Shown: piece by piece, positions 18,029 through 27,028 of the stretch
Layout: each line of letters starts with the position of its first letter
Numbering within the stretch: position 1 is the first letter of the stretch
Virus record (IMG/VR): IMGVR_UViG_3300025886_000101
Coordinates: 1 to 31,544 of that record
Strand: one strand, 5' to 3'
Length of the DNA stretch: 31,544 nt
DNA from: a virus
Lineage: Duplodnaviria > Caudoviricetes
Notes under the pieces: generated by a model
Told to the model about the DNA's origin: nothing
Databases searched by the model: none
Seen by the model: the letters and a program-made list of their open reading frames with translations, nothing else
Translations under genes and position numbers: made by a program

Positions 18029-18433
18029 TTAATCCATTGTGATGGTGAATCCGCTTGCAGGGATTTTGAAGATGTCACCACTTTGGATATTTGCAGATGC
18101 ATTGAGGGTTGCGAACAATAGTAAGTTTCCACCAGAGGCAGAATCGTACAATGCCACATGAGTCACTGTCCCCCAGTTCGATCCTGCATCAGTAAATGTG
18201 AATGCGGATGAGTTGGTTGCAGTTCCAGTTGTGCCAACAGTGAAGTTGCCTTGACCAGTGTCACCTACTCTGACTCTAGTGTAATTTGTTCCTGTTACCT
18301 CAGTCCCTCCACCACTATCAGATGGCGCAGACTTCATTAAGGCAATGTAAGGTTTGCCACTAAAAGTGACATTGCTACCACCGAGTAAACCAGTAAGGAA
18401 TTTATTTTCTAAGAAGTTTGATGCTTGTGCCAT
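18029..18433 (-). CDS. Phage tail-associated protein (SNFLENKFL...WGTVTH family)
   Basis: 134 aa. ASNFLENKFL, YIAL, GGGTEVTGTNYTR, WGTVTHVALYDSASGGNLL is a widespread phage minor tail protein pattern. Confidence 0.8.
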   Translation of the reverse strand: MAQASNFLENKFLTGLLGGSNVTFSGKPYIALMKSAPSDSGGGTEVTGTNYTRVRVGDTGQGNFTVGTTGTATNSSAFTFTDAGSNWGTVTHVALYDSASGGNLLLFATLNASANIQSGDIFKIPASGFTITMD

Positions 18434-18452
18434 TTTTTAATTCCTCCTGTTA

Positions 18453-20162
18453 TTATATTGCTGAAATGATAAAGGAATGGAGTTGCTCGTAACGCAGAGA
18501 ATATTGTTCAAACTCTTGAAACTCTACAACATCACCTTCACCTAATCCTTCACGAACAATGTCATCTTCGATAACTTTATTTGTGCGTTGAGATTCACCA
18601 GTGTCGTTGCCATTAATAACAACTTTGAAGTGAGTGTCTTTGCAGAATAATGCATAATCAGATGCATCTAATTCTTGAGCAGTGAAGGCATCCTCAACTT
18701 CCTGTGCGATCCATCCAATATGAACTCTTGCTTCGTCACCTTTTTTCTCCACTGAAGATTTTAAGCGATACTTTTTTACCATGCCTTTTAAGGCAGTAGC
18801 TACGCTTTTTTCTGCTTCAGAAATAGCTTCGATGTCTTGCTTTAAGTTTCTGTCAGAAGAAACAGTAGGGGCATTCTGACTGAATATATCCCTCCATTGT
18901 GCAGAAGACATACCTAAATCCATATTGCTTCCAGCAGGAGTAAGTGATCTTTTGTTTGAGGCAGATGCTAACCCTTCACCATATAAGTAGAATTGCGATA
19001 TAGCACCAAGTTCTGATCCTCCAGTTAATCCAGTCACTGGAGAACTTGCGGTAGATGTATTGTACCACTTTGTTGTATCCCCAACTTTATACATATAATT
19101 GAATGACAATCTTCCCACACTTGCTTGGCACTGCATATTGCCTTGATGAGCAGACAATTCGTCACGAGGAAAATCATTAGTAGTTGCGTAATTTGTTCCG
19201 TTGTGTGTTCCAACATTCCGCTTACCTTGGAACTCTGCATTACAACCATCGAGTTTTTGTTCTGCTTGAAACTGAACACCTCCTGCACCATTTGTTCCGA
19301 TTGTCCCACCACTACCTTCGTTTGCTAAAAACATTCTGTGGTATGAATTCGCTTCATTGGCCCTAAAGTTCCATGTTAACCCATCATCCAAATAAAATAG
19401 ACCAGTACTGGTGAGAGGTTGGAAGTTTTCAGTTAATGCACTAGACCTTTGTGGCCCCATGACGAGACCAGAATTAACCTCAAGACCACTATATATATTG
19501 GTGTCAGTAGTATCTGAAGGATGATTAAAAGCAGTTAATGTTAACCTAGAAACAGAATCATTTCCAAGTGCAACTCTGAACGCATTAGTATTGCAAGCAA
19601 GTACCGCAAGATTACCAAGTTCAGTAGAGTTCTCATCAGTGTCAGATAAGTAAAGTTGAGGAACTGAATTTCTAATGACTATAGAATCAGTCAAGTTAGC
19701 CCAATCGATATTAGCATCTGAGCCATCTGCACCATCTGCACCTGCTGGGCCTGCTGGGCCTGCTGGGCCTGTACTTCCGTTACTTCCGTTAGTTCCGTCA
19801 CTTCCATCAGTTCCTTTCTGTGCAAGCAATCCCCAACTCCCAGTGTTTGTTGGAGCAACTCCAGTGCTTGGATTTGTGTTAATGTAAGATGATCCATTGT
19901 AGGTTACTACATCGTCTTTAATGTATGAGGTACTAGAAGCATAAGCACCCTTATAATCTACATGAGGTACACCCTCGACATTTCCAGTTACCTCTAAGTC
20001 ACCATTGACTTTTACGACTCCAGACGAAAGTTGAAGAGCAGAAGTTGTACCCTCACCATCCTCCACATTTCTAAGAGTCCCATCGACTCCGTTATTGCCG
20101 TTAGACACTTGAAGTAAATCCTTAAAAGTGTCCTTGATTGCTCGTCCTTGTAATGTTGCCAT
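18453..20162 (-). CDS. Tail fibre with collagen-like repeat and C-terminal intramolecular chaperone (peptidase S74-like)
   Basis: 569 aa. CBM-like YASSTSYIKDDVVTYNGSSY, a G-X-Y run, SSDRNLKQDI cleavage motif, HIGWIAQEV, YSLRYEQL. Confidence 0.88.
   Translation of the reverse strand: MATLQGRAIKDTFKDLLQVSNGNNGVDGTLRNVEDGEGTTSALQLSSGVVKVNGDLEVTGNVEGVPHVDYKGAYASSTSYIKDDVVTYNGSSYINTNPSTGVAPTNTGSWGLLAQKGTDGSDGTNGSNGSTGPAGPAGPAGADGADGSDANIDWANLTDSIVIRNSVPQLYLSDTDENSTELGNLAVLACNTNAFRVALGNDSVSRLTLTAFNHPSDTTDTNIYSGLEVNSGLVMGPQRSSALTENFQPLTSTGLFYLDDGLTWNFRANEANSYHRMFLANEGSGGTIGTNGAGGVQFQAEQKLDGCNAEFQGKRNVGTHNGTNYATTNDFPRDELSAHQGNMQCQASVGRLSFNYMYKVGDTTKWYNTSTASSPVTGLTGGSELGAISQFYLYGEGLASASNKRSLTPAGSNMDLGMSSAQWRDIFSQNAPTVSSDRNLKQDIEAISEAEKSVATALKGMVKKYRLKSSVEKKGDEARVHIGWIAQEVEDAFTAQELDASDYALFCKDTHFKVVINGNDTGESQRTNKVIEDDIVREGLGEGDVVEFQEFEQYSLRYEQLHSFIISAI
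19716..19816 (-). repeat. Collagen-like (Gly-X-Y)n repeat including (CCTGCTGGG)x3
   Basis: GTDGSDGTNGSNGSTGPAGPAGPAGADGADGSD. Exact 9-bp tandem repeat from 19741. Confidence 0.9.
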
Positions 20163-20163
20163 A

Positions 20164-21267
20164 TTAGCTTGTCTCCCAGTTTCTTGTTAAGTTTTCGATT
20201 AAAGTGGTATCACTATTCCACCCTGCGATTATTTCTGAATTTATGTTAGTTGATAGTGAGAATTGTGAAGATGCATTGATTGCAAATATAGTGTCAATGT
20301 CACCAGTTACATTTGTGCTTAGTGATATCGTGCAGGATGCGGTTCTAGTTTCTAAATCAGTTTCAATTGAAGAACTAGATGCATTCAAAGATATGCTTGC
20401 AGTCGCATTACCTTGGTGAATTTGACCTGCAATGTTGTCATCCCAGTTAATATCTAATCCCTCCCAGACAAAGTCAGATGCCCAGCCTGCTTGTCCAACT
20501 GTGGTGGATATTGATATTCCTGCGGATGCATTTCGATTATGTACAGTTGAGAAAAATTGATTACCTGTGCTGGTATCTTCATCATCCCAGTTAACATCCA
20601 TGAACTCCCAGAATACGGATGATGCGTAGTCCGCAGTACCTACACTGGCAGATAAACTAATACTCGATGAGGCATCACGCTCGTAAACCTTAGCTAAATA
20701 CGGAGTGTTGGTTCCCTCTGGGGCATCCCAGTAAACATCCATATTTTCCCATACCACTGGTGACTCCCAGTTAGCAGAACCCCCATCAAATGTTAAAGAA
20801 ATCTGAGATGTCGCTTGCCTTGTAAACTCAACTTCACAATTAGCATAGGAATTAATATCAATGGTTGAATCAATTGTCCTATGCTCAATTACATGACTGA
20901 CTTCTATCTTAGAAAATAGTGTTAGGTCACCCTGTACCGCATCCTCAATATTATTTGAATCCTTAAATTCTATTAAGTCATCAATATCAATGTCATCTAA
21001 ATTAGTAGTATTTCCATACTGATCACAAAGTGTAGGGTCAGTTAAAACATTACATGCCCAGTCCTTGAAGTCGGCTAAAATCTGTACCTCGCTTTTGCCT
21101 CCTGCGTTATTTGGTGTAAATGAAACTCCTTCAGCTTTGCTCGTAAATGCAAGTGAACCAATACAAGCAACGGAAATGAGTACACCAAATTTTAGCTTAG
21201 AATTTTGATTAGCCTCAAACTCACCTTCAGCAGTAACCCTGCGAAACCCTTCACTATAAATCTTCAT
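20164..21267 (-). CDS. Acidic virion-associated protein with Trp-rich internal repeats
   Basis: 367 aa. Three W/Y-x-S-x-x-x-W-E-x-x-D-x-x-W-D repeats interleaved with six A-S/T-x-x-I/F-S-L/I-S/T/N strands. Lies between adaptor and tail fibre. Confidence 0.75.
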   Translation of the reverse strand: MKIYSEGFRRVTAEGEFEANQNSKLKFGVLISVACIGSLAFTSKAEGVSFTPNNAGGKSEVQILADFKDWACNVLTDPTLCDQYGNTTNLDDIDIDDLIEFKDSNNIEDAVQGDLTLFSKIEVSHVIEHRTIDSTIDINSYANCEVEFTRQATSQISLTFDGGSANWESPVVWENMDVYWDAPEGTNTPYLAKVYERDASSSISLSASVGTADYASSVFWEFMDVNWDDEDTSTGNQFFSTVHNRNASAGISISTTVGQAGWASDFVWEGLDINWDDNIAGQIHQGNATASISLNASSSSIETDLETRTASCTISLSTNVTGDIDTIFAINASSQFSLSTNINSEIIAGWNSDTTLIENLTRNWETS

Positions 21268-22244
21268 ATAGCTATTGCCTTGAAACCCTTGACCCCTCGG
21301 TCTTGTTGGTGAACAAGTTTATCGATTTCTTTAACTAGTAAGTCTAATGCCATCTGCTCTTGGAGCATTGCTTTTTCATTCTGCCCATCACTTATTAAGA
21401 ATGATCGATAGGCATATGCCTTAATTGCGGAGGCTAAATAATTAAGGACTGGTTTATCACTATCGCCAGAAGAGTAAGTTGGAGGTTCTTCTCTAAACTT
21501 CACCCAGACCTCATTCGTCTCAAAAGGTAGATTAATGTAAACACCCTCTCGGCCAAGTTGCCAGTTCAGTGGGGTGCTAGAATAGTATCTAGGGTCATCT
21601 GTGTGTACGCTAAAAAGCGTTCCAATTACCGACTGACCTTCTTGGTCATATCCAATGTATCGATCAAATGTAGTGTCTACTTCCTGCCAGTAGGATGGAT
21701 TGCTTAATCCAATTCCATTCTGGCTAAAATTTGTAAACTGACTAGTTGGGTCAGTTGGGTCACCAGTGGGTGTCTTAATGCAAAGATAAACCTTCTCCTC
21801 GAAGCTTACTAATGCTCCTGTGGCATATAGTCCTTCCTCTCGGTAGTCATCAACATCGAACCTATCTCCAGTTTGATGCCAAACACTAGACTCTTCTGGG
21901 TCTATAAATGGGAACCAGTTTCTACTGGCATCAGTCCAATTTTCTTTATCCTCCCAAATCTCGGATGTGTTTGTTTGGTAATCCGCAAACTTGCGGTAAT
22001 ATTTTTTATTGAAGAATACCTCGTCTCCAATTTCGTAATTCTGTCCCTCAACCCAGAGTGGACGAAAATATCTTTTCTCGACTCTTGTAGTTTCTGGCCA
22101 AGGGTAATGCTCCCAGACAAATTTGGTGGCATCGTTTATGTATTCGGCAAACTGTGCCTTTTCATGTGCAAGAAGATTCTGTGAGTCTATTCCTGCAATT
22201 GCGGCCAATCCCCGTTCAAGCTGGGAGTATGGGATTGTTCGCAT
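21264..22244 (-). CDS. Head-tail adaptor / tail tubular protein A-like with inserted CBM-like modules
   Basis: 326 aa. YINDATKFVWEHYPWP N-terminal adaptor motif, helical C-terminus with DGQNEKA, position just after the capsid genes. Confidence 0.65.
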   Translation of the reverse strand: MRTIPYSQLERGLAAIAGIDSQNLLAHEKAQFAEYINDATKFVWEHYPWPETTRVEKRYFRPLWVEGQNYEIGDEVFFNKKYYRKFADYQTNTSEIWEDKENWTDASRNWFPFIDPEESSVWHQTGDRFDVDDYREEGLYATGALVSFEEKVYLCIKTPTGDPTDPTSQFTNFSQNGIGLSNPSYWQEVDTTFDRYIGYDQEGQSVIGTLFSVHTDDPRYYSSTPLNWQLGREGVYINLPFETNEVWVKFREEPPTYSSGDSDKPVLNYLASAIKAYAYRSFLISDGQNEKAMLQEQMALDLLVKEIDKLVHQQDRGVKGFKAIAI

Positions 22245-22245
22245 G

Positions 22246-22575
22246 TTAAGCTACCACCTTATCAGTTTGCGACTTGATCGTAATTAATTCGCCCCACCGT
22301 CTCTCCATATCATTCTTAAAGGTATTATCTTTCCAGCATTCATACCCTAACTTGAGTCCCCAGAAATGATAAACTTCTTGGCATACCTTAAATCTCAATC
22401 TGCCAAACGGTAGATTTTTTCTTACTCCACCAGAGACCCTTTTCTCGGCCTCCATTAATTTAATTTGTTCTTCTTCGGCTTTAGCTAGTTCACCCTCGAT
22501 ATCAGATAGGATCTCTAAACGGACTGCATCCGTATAGTTTTCCTTACCTATAACCAAATTATCGAGAGTGAACAT
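22246..22575 (-). CDS. Hypothetical protein following major capsid gene
   Basis: 109 aa, tight packing with neighbours, YHFWGLKLGYECWKD motif. Confidence 0.75.
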   Translation of the reverse strand: MFTLDNLVIGKENYTDAVRLEILSDIEGELAKAEEEQIKLMEAEKRVSGGVRKNLPFGRLRFKVCQEVYHFWGLKLGYECWKDNTFKNDMERRWGELITIKSQTDKVVA

Positions 22576-22604
22576 AGCTAACTACAACCGAATGAAACTA
22601 CTCT

Positions 22605-23657
22605 TTAAGAAAGAGTGTACTTACCGTGATCCAATCCACCAGAATATGATTTCAAGGAGAACACGGACTCAATGATTGAGCGTGGGCCTCCACCTAAGTC
22701 TGGCAACTCACGAACAGAAGTTTCCTCTGCATAGCAAGCTTCAAGCTGGGCCATATTCAAGATGAATAATGTTTTCTGTCCAACGCTGGCATCGTAATCA
22801 CCGTTTGCATCTCTGGCATCCTGTTCAAGGAAACTGGAGAGGTTTAATGTGATTGTACCGAAGTCAGATTCAATGATATCAACGGCAGCACTCAAGCGAC
22901 CCTCGTCGGTGTCACGATTCGATACAACAAGATTGTTGGTACGAGGTGTGAACAATGAGAAGTTACTGATGGTTTTCTTAACCTGCGTTCCGCAAAGACC
23001 GTAAAAGGTTTTGTCGGATTCACCAGTTTGCTCATAGATGCTTTGCAAGATATCACGCAAGTCTTCTTCTGTTGCAGAAGCAGCAGCAACCGACTTAATG
23101 GATCCAGCAGGAGTAAGAAAGTCAGAAGGAACTGGTAAGGTTGCCTGTGCTGAAGAACTAATCCATTTGCCAAGTCCACGGGTCTGGTACGGGGAACTAT
23201 TAGTTTCCTGTGCAGTCTCCTGTGAAGAGCAAAGAGTAGACTCTTGATCTCGTTTTGCAGCTACTAAAGCCTTAGCGATAGAGTTTGCCATTTCCTTCTT
23301 ATAACCAACTCCAGCGACATCAGATGTCATGTTGGCCAAGCGAGAGACTTTAGGCACCCTACGAAGGTACTGAAGGTACACTGAACATTTGGTACGGTCA
23401 TCGTAATTCTCAAAATCATTTGAGTCGATGTCGGCACCGTCAATTGGAAGGTTATCCGAAATGCCGCCACTGTAAGTTGCAGTGCGAACTAAATTGTCTT
23501 TATGTTTGTCGAGTGGCCATTCAACGAATGAATTTTTTGGTGCAGCACCTTTTTTAACCTGCGACATGAATGGGCAACTCTTACGATCCACGATGGTCAT
23601 AAGGTCACTCAATGATTCTCTTTTAAGGGATTGATCCCGTTCTACTATTCCAGCCAT
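22605..23657 (-). CDS. Major capsid protein (SU10 / DUF5309-like, HK97 fold)
   Basis: 350 aa. KRESLSDLMTIV..PFMS, EWPLD, KRDQE, RGLGKWI, VDIIESDFG. A GGAG Shine-Dalgarno lies upstream and the gene follows the scaffold. Confidence 0.88.
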   Translation of the reverse strand: MAGIVERDQSLKRESLSDLMTIVDRKSCPFMSQVKKGAAPKNSFVEWPLDKHKDNLVRTATYSGGISDNLPIDGADIDSNDFENYDDRTKCSVYLQYLRRVPKVSRLANMTSDVAGVGYKKEMANSIAKALVAAKRDQESTLCSSQETAQETNSSPYQTRGLGKWISSSAQATLPVPSDFLTPAGSIKSVAAASATEEDLRDILQSIYEQTGESDKTFYGLCGTQVKKTISNFSLFTPRTNNLVVSNRDTDEGRLSAAVDIIESDFGTITLNLSSFLEQDARDANGDYDASVGQKTLFILNMAQLEACYAEETSVRELPDLGGGPRSIIESVFSLKSYSGGLDHGKYTLS

Positions 23658-23675
23658 AATAAATATTCTCCTATT

Positions 23676-24671
23676 TTATAATAATGATTCGATGTATGAG
23701 GCTGCATCTTCGACTGAACCAGTATTCGCCTGTTGGAGAAGAGATTTTTTATTAGCAGTATTTTTCTTGCGTGACATTGGGGCCGCTCGACTTGGAACTG
23801 GTGCTTTGGGGGCAACTGTTTGCTTGGTTGGCTTATTGGCCTTCTTTGCATTTATTGCTTTAATTCCCTCGATAGCATATCCCATAGTAAGAACCCCATA
23901 TGGGTCTCGCTCGTAATACTCTTTGATGAATTTGTTTTGAGAAAGTACCTGTTGGATTTCTTGCATTTCTGGACTAGCTTTATCCTTCATCCAGTCAAAG
24001 GTTTGCGAGGCCGCTTGCCTGTTCTGCTCACGCTGCTGCAACCGTTGTGCTGCAAGTGGAATATTTTTCCGCAAGTCACGATCTGTCTCTACCATCAAGC
24101 TTCTTGCTTGATCGTAATCAACTTCATGCTCTGTCCCAGATATGTCGGAGTATTCACCCCCATCTGGATTTGCCAATAACCACTCACGCAAATGTTCAGC
24201 TTCGGCTTCTCTGGCTTGCAGTTCCTTAAAGTCCTTAACACCCTCAAACCTGTCCATTCCTTTAGGGTCTGGGGTTGCTGGTGTAGCACCTTCTAGTTCT
24301 GTAATCTTTGCCTTTAACTCCTCGGCCTCGGTCTCGGCCTTATTACGGGCCTCGATCAATTTGCCAATGCGTTTCTTAACTCCATCAGTCTCCTCTACTT
24401 GAGCTTCATCTTCTGGCTCATCATCCCCCGTTAATTCAGTGGATAATAAATCTGCCTCGGACTCTGCCTCTGCTTGAGGTTCCTCAACTTCATCTACTAA
24501 TTGTTCAGTCTCTTCAACCTGCTCTGGTTGATCTTCTGATGCACTCTCAAAGAACGATGATGAGTCTAATCCTGCTGCCTCGGCAATATCGCCAAGACTA
24601 ACAATCTTGTTGTCATCACTTGCTTTACTTTCTTCTGCTTTTAGGTCTGCGAGACCGTTTGAATCTGCCAT
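23676..24671 (-). CDS. Capsid scaffolding protein (probable start MADSNG)
   Basis: Very acidic N-terminal half, GVKKRIGKL coiled-coil motif, basic Pro-rich tail with terminal helix. Immediately upstream of the capsid gene. Confidence 0.82.
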   Translation of the reverse strand: MADSNGLADLKAEESKASDDNKIVSLGDIAEAAGLDSSSFFESASEDQPEQVEETEQLVDEVEEPQAEAESEADLLSTELTGDDEPEDEAQVEETDGVKKRIGKLIEARNKAETEAEELKAKITELEGATPATPDPKGMDRFEGVKDFKELQAREAEAEHLREWLLANPDGGEYSDISGTEHEVDYDQARSLMVETDRDLRKNIPLAAQRLQQREQNRQAASQTFDWMKDKASPEMQEIQQVLSQNKFIKEYYERDPYGVLTMGYAIEGIKAINAKKANKPTKQTVAPKAPVPSRAAPMSRKKNTANKKSLLQQANTGSVEDAASYIESLL

Positions 24672-24796
24672 AGGTTTTTCTTCTCTGACGGTGGAACTGT
24701 TACTCGTTGAGCCGCAACGGACGGGTTTAATTTCCCCAAGATCGCTCACGATTTAACCTATGATCAACCCCTAGTGTGGAGTTGAGGCGAGTTGAG

Positions 24797-25036
24797 TTAA
24801 ATGAACCTGTACCAGACCCTGCGGACTAGTTGGTTATGCTCCTTTGAGTACATGGTACCCTTGTGCTTTTCTATTTTCCCAGCGGACATTTGAGATCTAA
24901 TGAACTCATAAGCACTATTCATTGAGAACCCACTTTCCTCTCGTAAATCATGCACCGTAAACCAGTCCTTACCTTCTGGTTTTTGAGACTTTTCGGAACC
25001 TGCTTCCTCTAGCTTTTTTGCCCAATTGATGGCCAT
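24797..25036 (-). CDS. Small putative winged-helix protein
   Basis: 79 aa. WFTVHDL..ESGFS..SAYEFI...GKIE...WYR pattern. Overlaps the phosphoesterase gene. Confidence 0.6.
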   Translation of the reverse strand: MAINWAKKLEEAGSEKSQKPEGKDWFTVHDLREESGFSMNSAYEFIRSQMSAGKIEKHKGTMYSKEHNQLVRRVWYRFI

Positions 25037-25743
25037 ATAAACTTCCCATCGAATTTCTTAATGATCCATGCGGCCCAGCTTTTCTTGGATGTATATCCAA
25101 AGACAAAACCAGACTCATGGGCCAACCTATTTACCTTGGCTCGATTCCACTCCATGCTCGTTTGAGTCAAGCAGCCTGCGGAAATTGCAGATGCACCATT
25201 TCGCCTTGGTGCTGAAAAATGTTGAATAGAATGAATGTGTCCATGAATGCAGCATCCTCCGTCTGGTGCGAAGGTCATGGCATGTTGCTTGGTAGCTGAA
25301 ACTGCACCGTGGAAATAACCGTGTACAAATGTAACTTTGCCTATTTCCAAAACTCCTTTGTCTACGGAGTAGGGGAGCATCTTGCACTTCATTGACCTGC
25401 AAGCTTTCTCGATATCCTTGATTCCCATACGCGCGGTATCCCGTACTATTCCAATGGAATGCCTTTCTGCCGTTTGCCACAATCGATCATCATGGTTACC
25501 TAGTAAAAAGTGATGTGGCTGCCATGCTTTAAGGAATTGCATTCCTGCTTCCACATCTGCCTCCATAGATGCCTGCTTGTCCGCAGGGTCTGCGTTTCTC
25601 ATTAGTGGAGAGAAGTCAAATAAGTCCCCACCAAAAATTCGGATATCTGGATTAAATTCTTTAGTAAATCTAAAGAGTGCTTCGACTGCATCTGGATCCT
25701 GCATATCTCCATGCAGGTCACTTGCAAAAATAAAAGATTTCAC
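25009..25743 (-). CDS. Calcineurin-like metallophosphoesterase
   Basis: All five motifs present: SDLH, GDLFD, GNHD, HG, GHIH. Confidence 0.92.
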   Translation of the reverse strand: MKSFIFASDLHGDMQDPDAVEALFRFTKEFNPDIRIFGGDLFDFSPLMRNADPADKQASMEADVEAGMQFLKAWQPHHFLLGNHDDRLWQTAERHSIGIVRDTARMGIKDIEKACRSMKCKMLPYSVDKGVLEIGKVTFVHGYFHGAVSATKQHAMTFAPDGGCCIHGHIHSIQHFSAPRRNGASAISAGCLTQTSMEWNRAKVNRLAHESGFVFGYTSKKSWAAWIIKKFDGKFIWPSIGQKS

Positions 25744-25744
25744 C

Positions 25745-25810
25745 CTAGCAGGGTTTACGAGTTCCTTTAATTGTTCCCTTTTTTACTTTTTTCTTTTTTG
25801 TGTAAGGCAT
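25745..25810 (-). CDS. 21-aa basic peptide MPYTKKKKVKKGTIKGTRKPC
   Basis: ATG overlaps the upstream TAA (TAATG) and its TAG ends 1 nt before the phosphoesterase GTG, exactly filling the gap. Confidence 0.5.
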   Translation of the reverse strand: MPYTKKKKVKKGTIKGTRKPC

Positions 25811-25989
25811 TATTCGTCCTCCAAATTCATGTCGCACTCAAACTCCAAGACTGGTTCATCCAACCATTCATTCAAATCGTCCATTGCAATTCTCACGATA
25901 CTCATGTCCTCGATGTCTGATTCCTCGATCCATCGATTTAGTAATGCTCGATGCTCCTTTTTAAACTTTTGCTCTGGGGTATCTTTCAT
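25810..25989 (-). CDS. 59-aa acidic hypothetical protein
   Basis: Manually translated MKDTPEQKFKKEHRALLNRWIEESD...NLEDE. Fills the gap after the methyltransferase. Below the ORF-track cutoff. Confidence 0.7.
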   Translation of the reverse strand: MKDTPEQKFKKEHRALLNRWIEESDIEDMSIVRIAMDDLNEWLDEPVLEFECDMNLEDE

Positions 25990-25991
25990 AA

Positions 25992-26765
25992 TTATAATTC
26001 AAAATGAAATTCAGAAACCTTGATTGGTGCATACGGGCAATTTCCATGAAACTGGTGCAGCTTGTCGTTTACTAAGTCTTGCCATTTAGAAAAATCCAAA
26101 AGCACATTCATGTTGTCCAGTAAGTAAACTGGCTTTAACCCTGCCACATTTGCGGCAGCCAAATGATACTCCACTGGATAACACATATAATGCCAGTTGT
26201 GCTGCAATGATCTTATTTGCATGGCATATTCTGGGTCTGGGTCATCAATCTGACACATATCACTCACAATAACTTTGCCGCCAGTTTTAAGTACCCTTGC
26301 GACTTCCTTGTAGGTTTTTATCAATGGGCGGTACCCAATAGATTGATCAAATAGAATTAAGTCAAATGTCCCAGCCTCATATGGCATATCATCATAACTT
26401 GCCACCGAAAGTTCTGCGTTTTTTGGCAGGCCAGTTCCTCCGTGACATTTCTGAATTTGTCTATTTGAAATATTTAAGCCATTGAAAAATGCATCTGGAT
26501 GCTTTTCTGCGAGGTATTTTAATGTGGTGCCAATACCGCATCCTGCATCAAGGATGTTTTTTCTGCTTGGATTTATTTTTCTTCTAGCAAACTGTAAATC
26601 CAAATGAGTATTAAAATCATTTGAGAGCAAGCCAGTTTGAAAAAGATCGTAATTAGCATCGATGTAAACCTCTGCAACATCGTCCCAATATTGAGTCAAA
26701 TCAATCAAACTCTTACAGGTAGCATCATAGTATGCAGTTAGTAAATCAAACTTATCTTTATTCAT
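25992..26765 (-). CDS. Class I SAM-dependent methyltransferase (small-molecule / lipid type)
   Basis: ILDAGCGIG motif I, GLNISNRQI, MPYEAGTFDLI, RVLKTGGKVIVSD, N-terminal YYD. No DPPY/NPPY/PC DNA-MTase motif. Confidence 0.88.
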   Translation of the reverse strand: MNKDKFDLLTAYYDATCKSLIDLTQYWDDVAEVYIDANYDLFQTGLLSNDFNTHLDLQFARRKINPSRKNILDAGCGIGTTLKYLAEKHPDAFFNGLNISNRQIQKCHGGTGLPKNAELSVASYDDMPYEAGTFDLILFDQSIGYRPLIKTYKEVARVLKTGGKVIVSDMCQIDDPDPEYAMQIRSLQHNWHYMCYPVEYHLAAANVAGLKPVYLLDNMNVLLDFSKWQDLVNDKLHQFHGNCPYAPIKVSEFHFEL

Positions 26766-27028
26766 TTCTTATATTCCTCTAGTCTGGATTTTAGTCCGCT
26801 AATCGCATCTACTCGTCCAGCAGCATGAGCAAACTTTGTAACATCGTTCTTTGGATCCGATACATCGTTAACCGCATCGAGAAGCATATTGTCCACGATT
26901 GAATCGAGTGCCTGCCATAACTTGGCATCCTCACCAATTTCATTAAAGATCCGCTTCACATCATCCCCACTCATGGGATTTGGATATTTTACCAGAGTCG
27001 CTTTCTTACCTTTGCAAAAACAAAACAT
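26762..27028 (-). CDS. Small portal-adjacent protein
   Basis: 88 aa, helical, HAAGRVDAI motif. Overlaps the portal stop. Confidence 0.7.
   Translation of the reverse strand: MFCFCKGKKATLVKYPNPMSGDDVKRIFNEIGEDAKLWQALDSIVDNMLLDAVNDVSDPKNDVTKFAHAAGRVDAISGLKSRLEEYKK

Noticed and set aside
24672-24749. Longer ORF-track starts for the scaffold (24749), and likewise 15457, 17396, 17689 and 29372
   Set aside because: These extensions overlap upstream genes or regulatory DNA. Downstream ATGs give typical coupling and N-termini.
25992-26765. DNA methyltransferase / restriction-modification
   Set aside because: No DPPY/NPPY/SPPY or PC catalytic motif and no adjacent nuclease gene.
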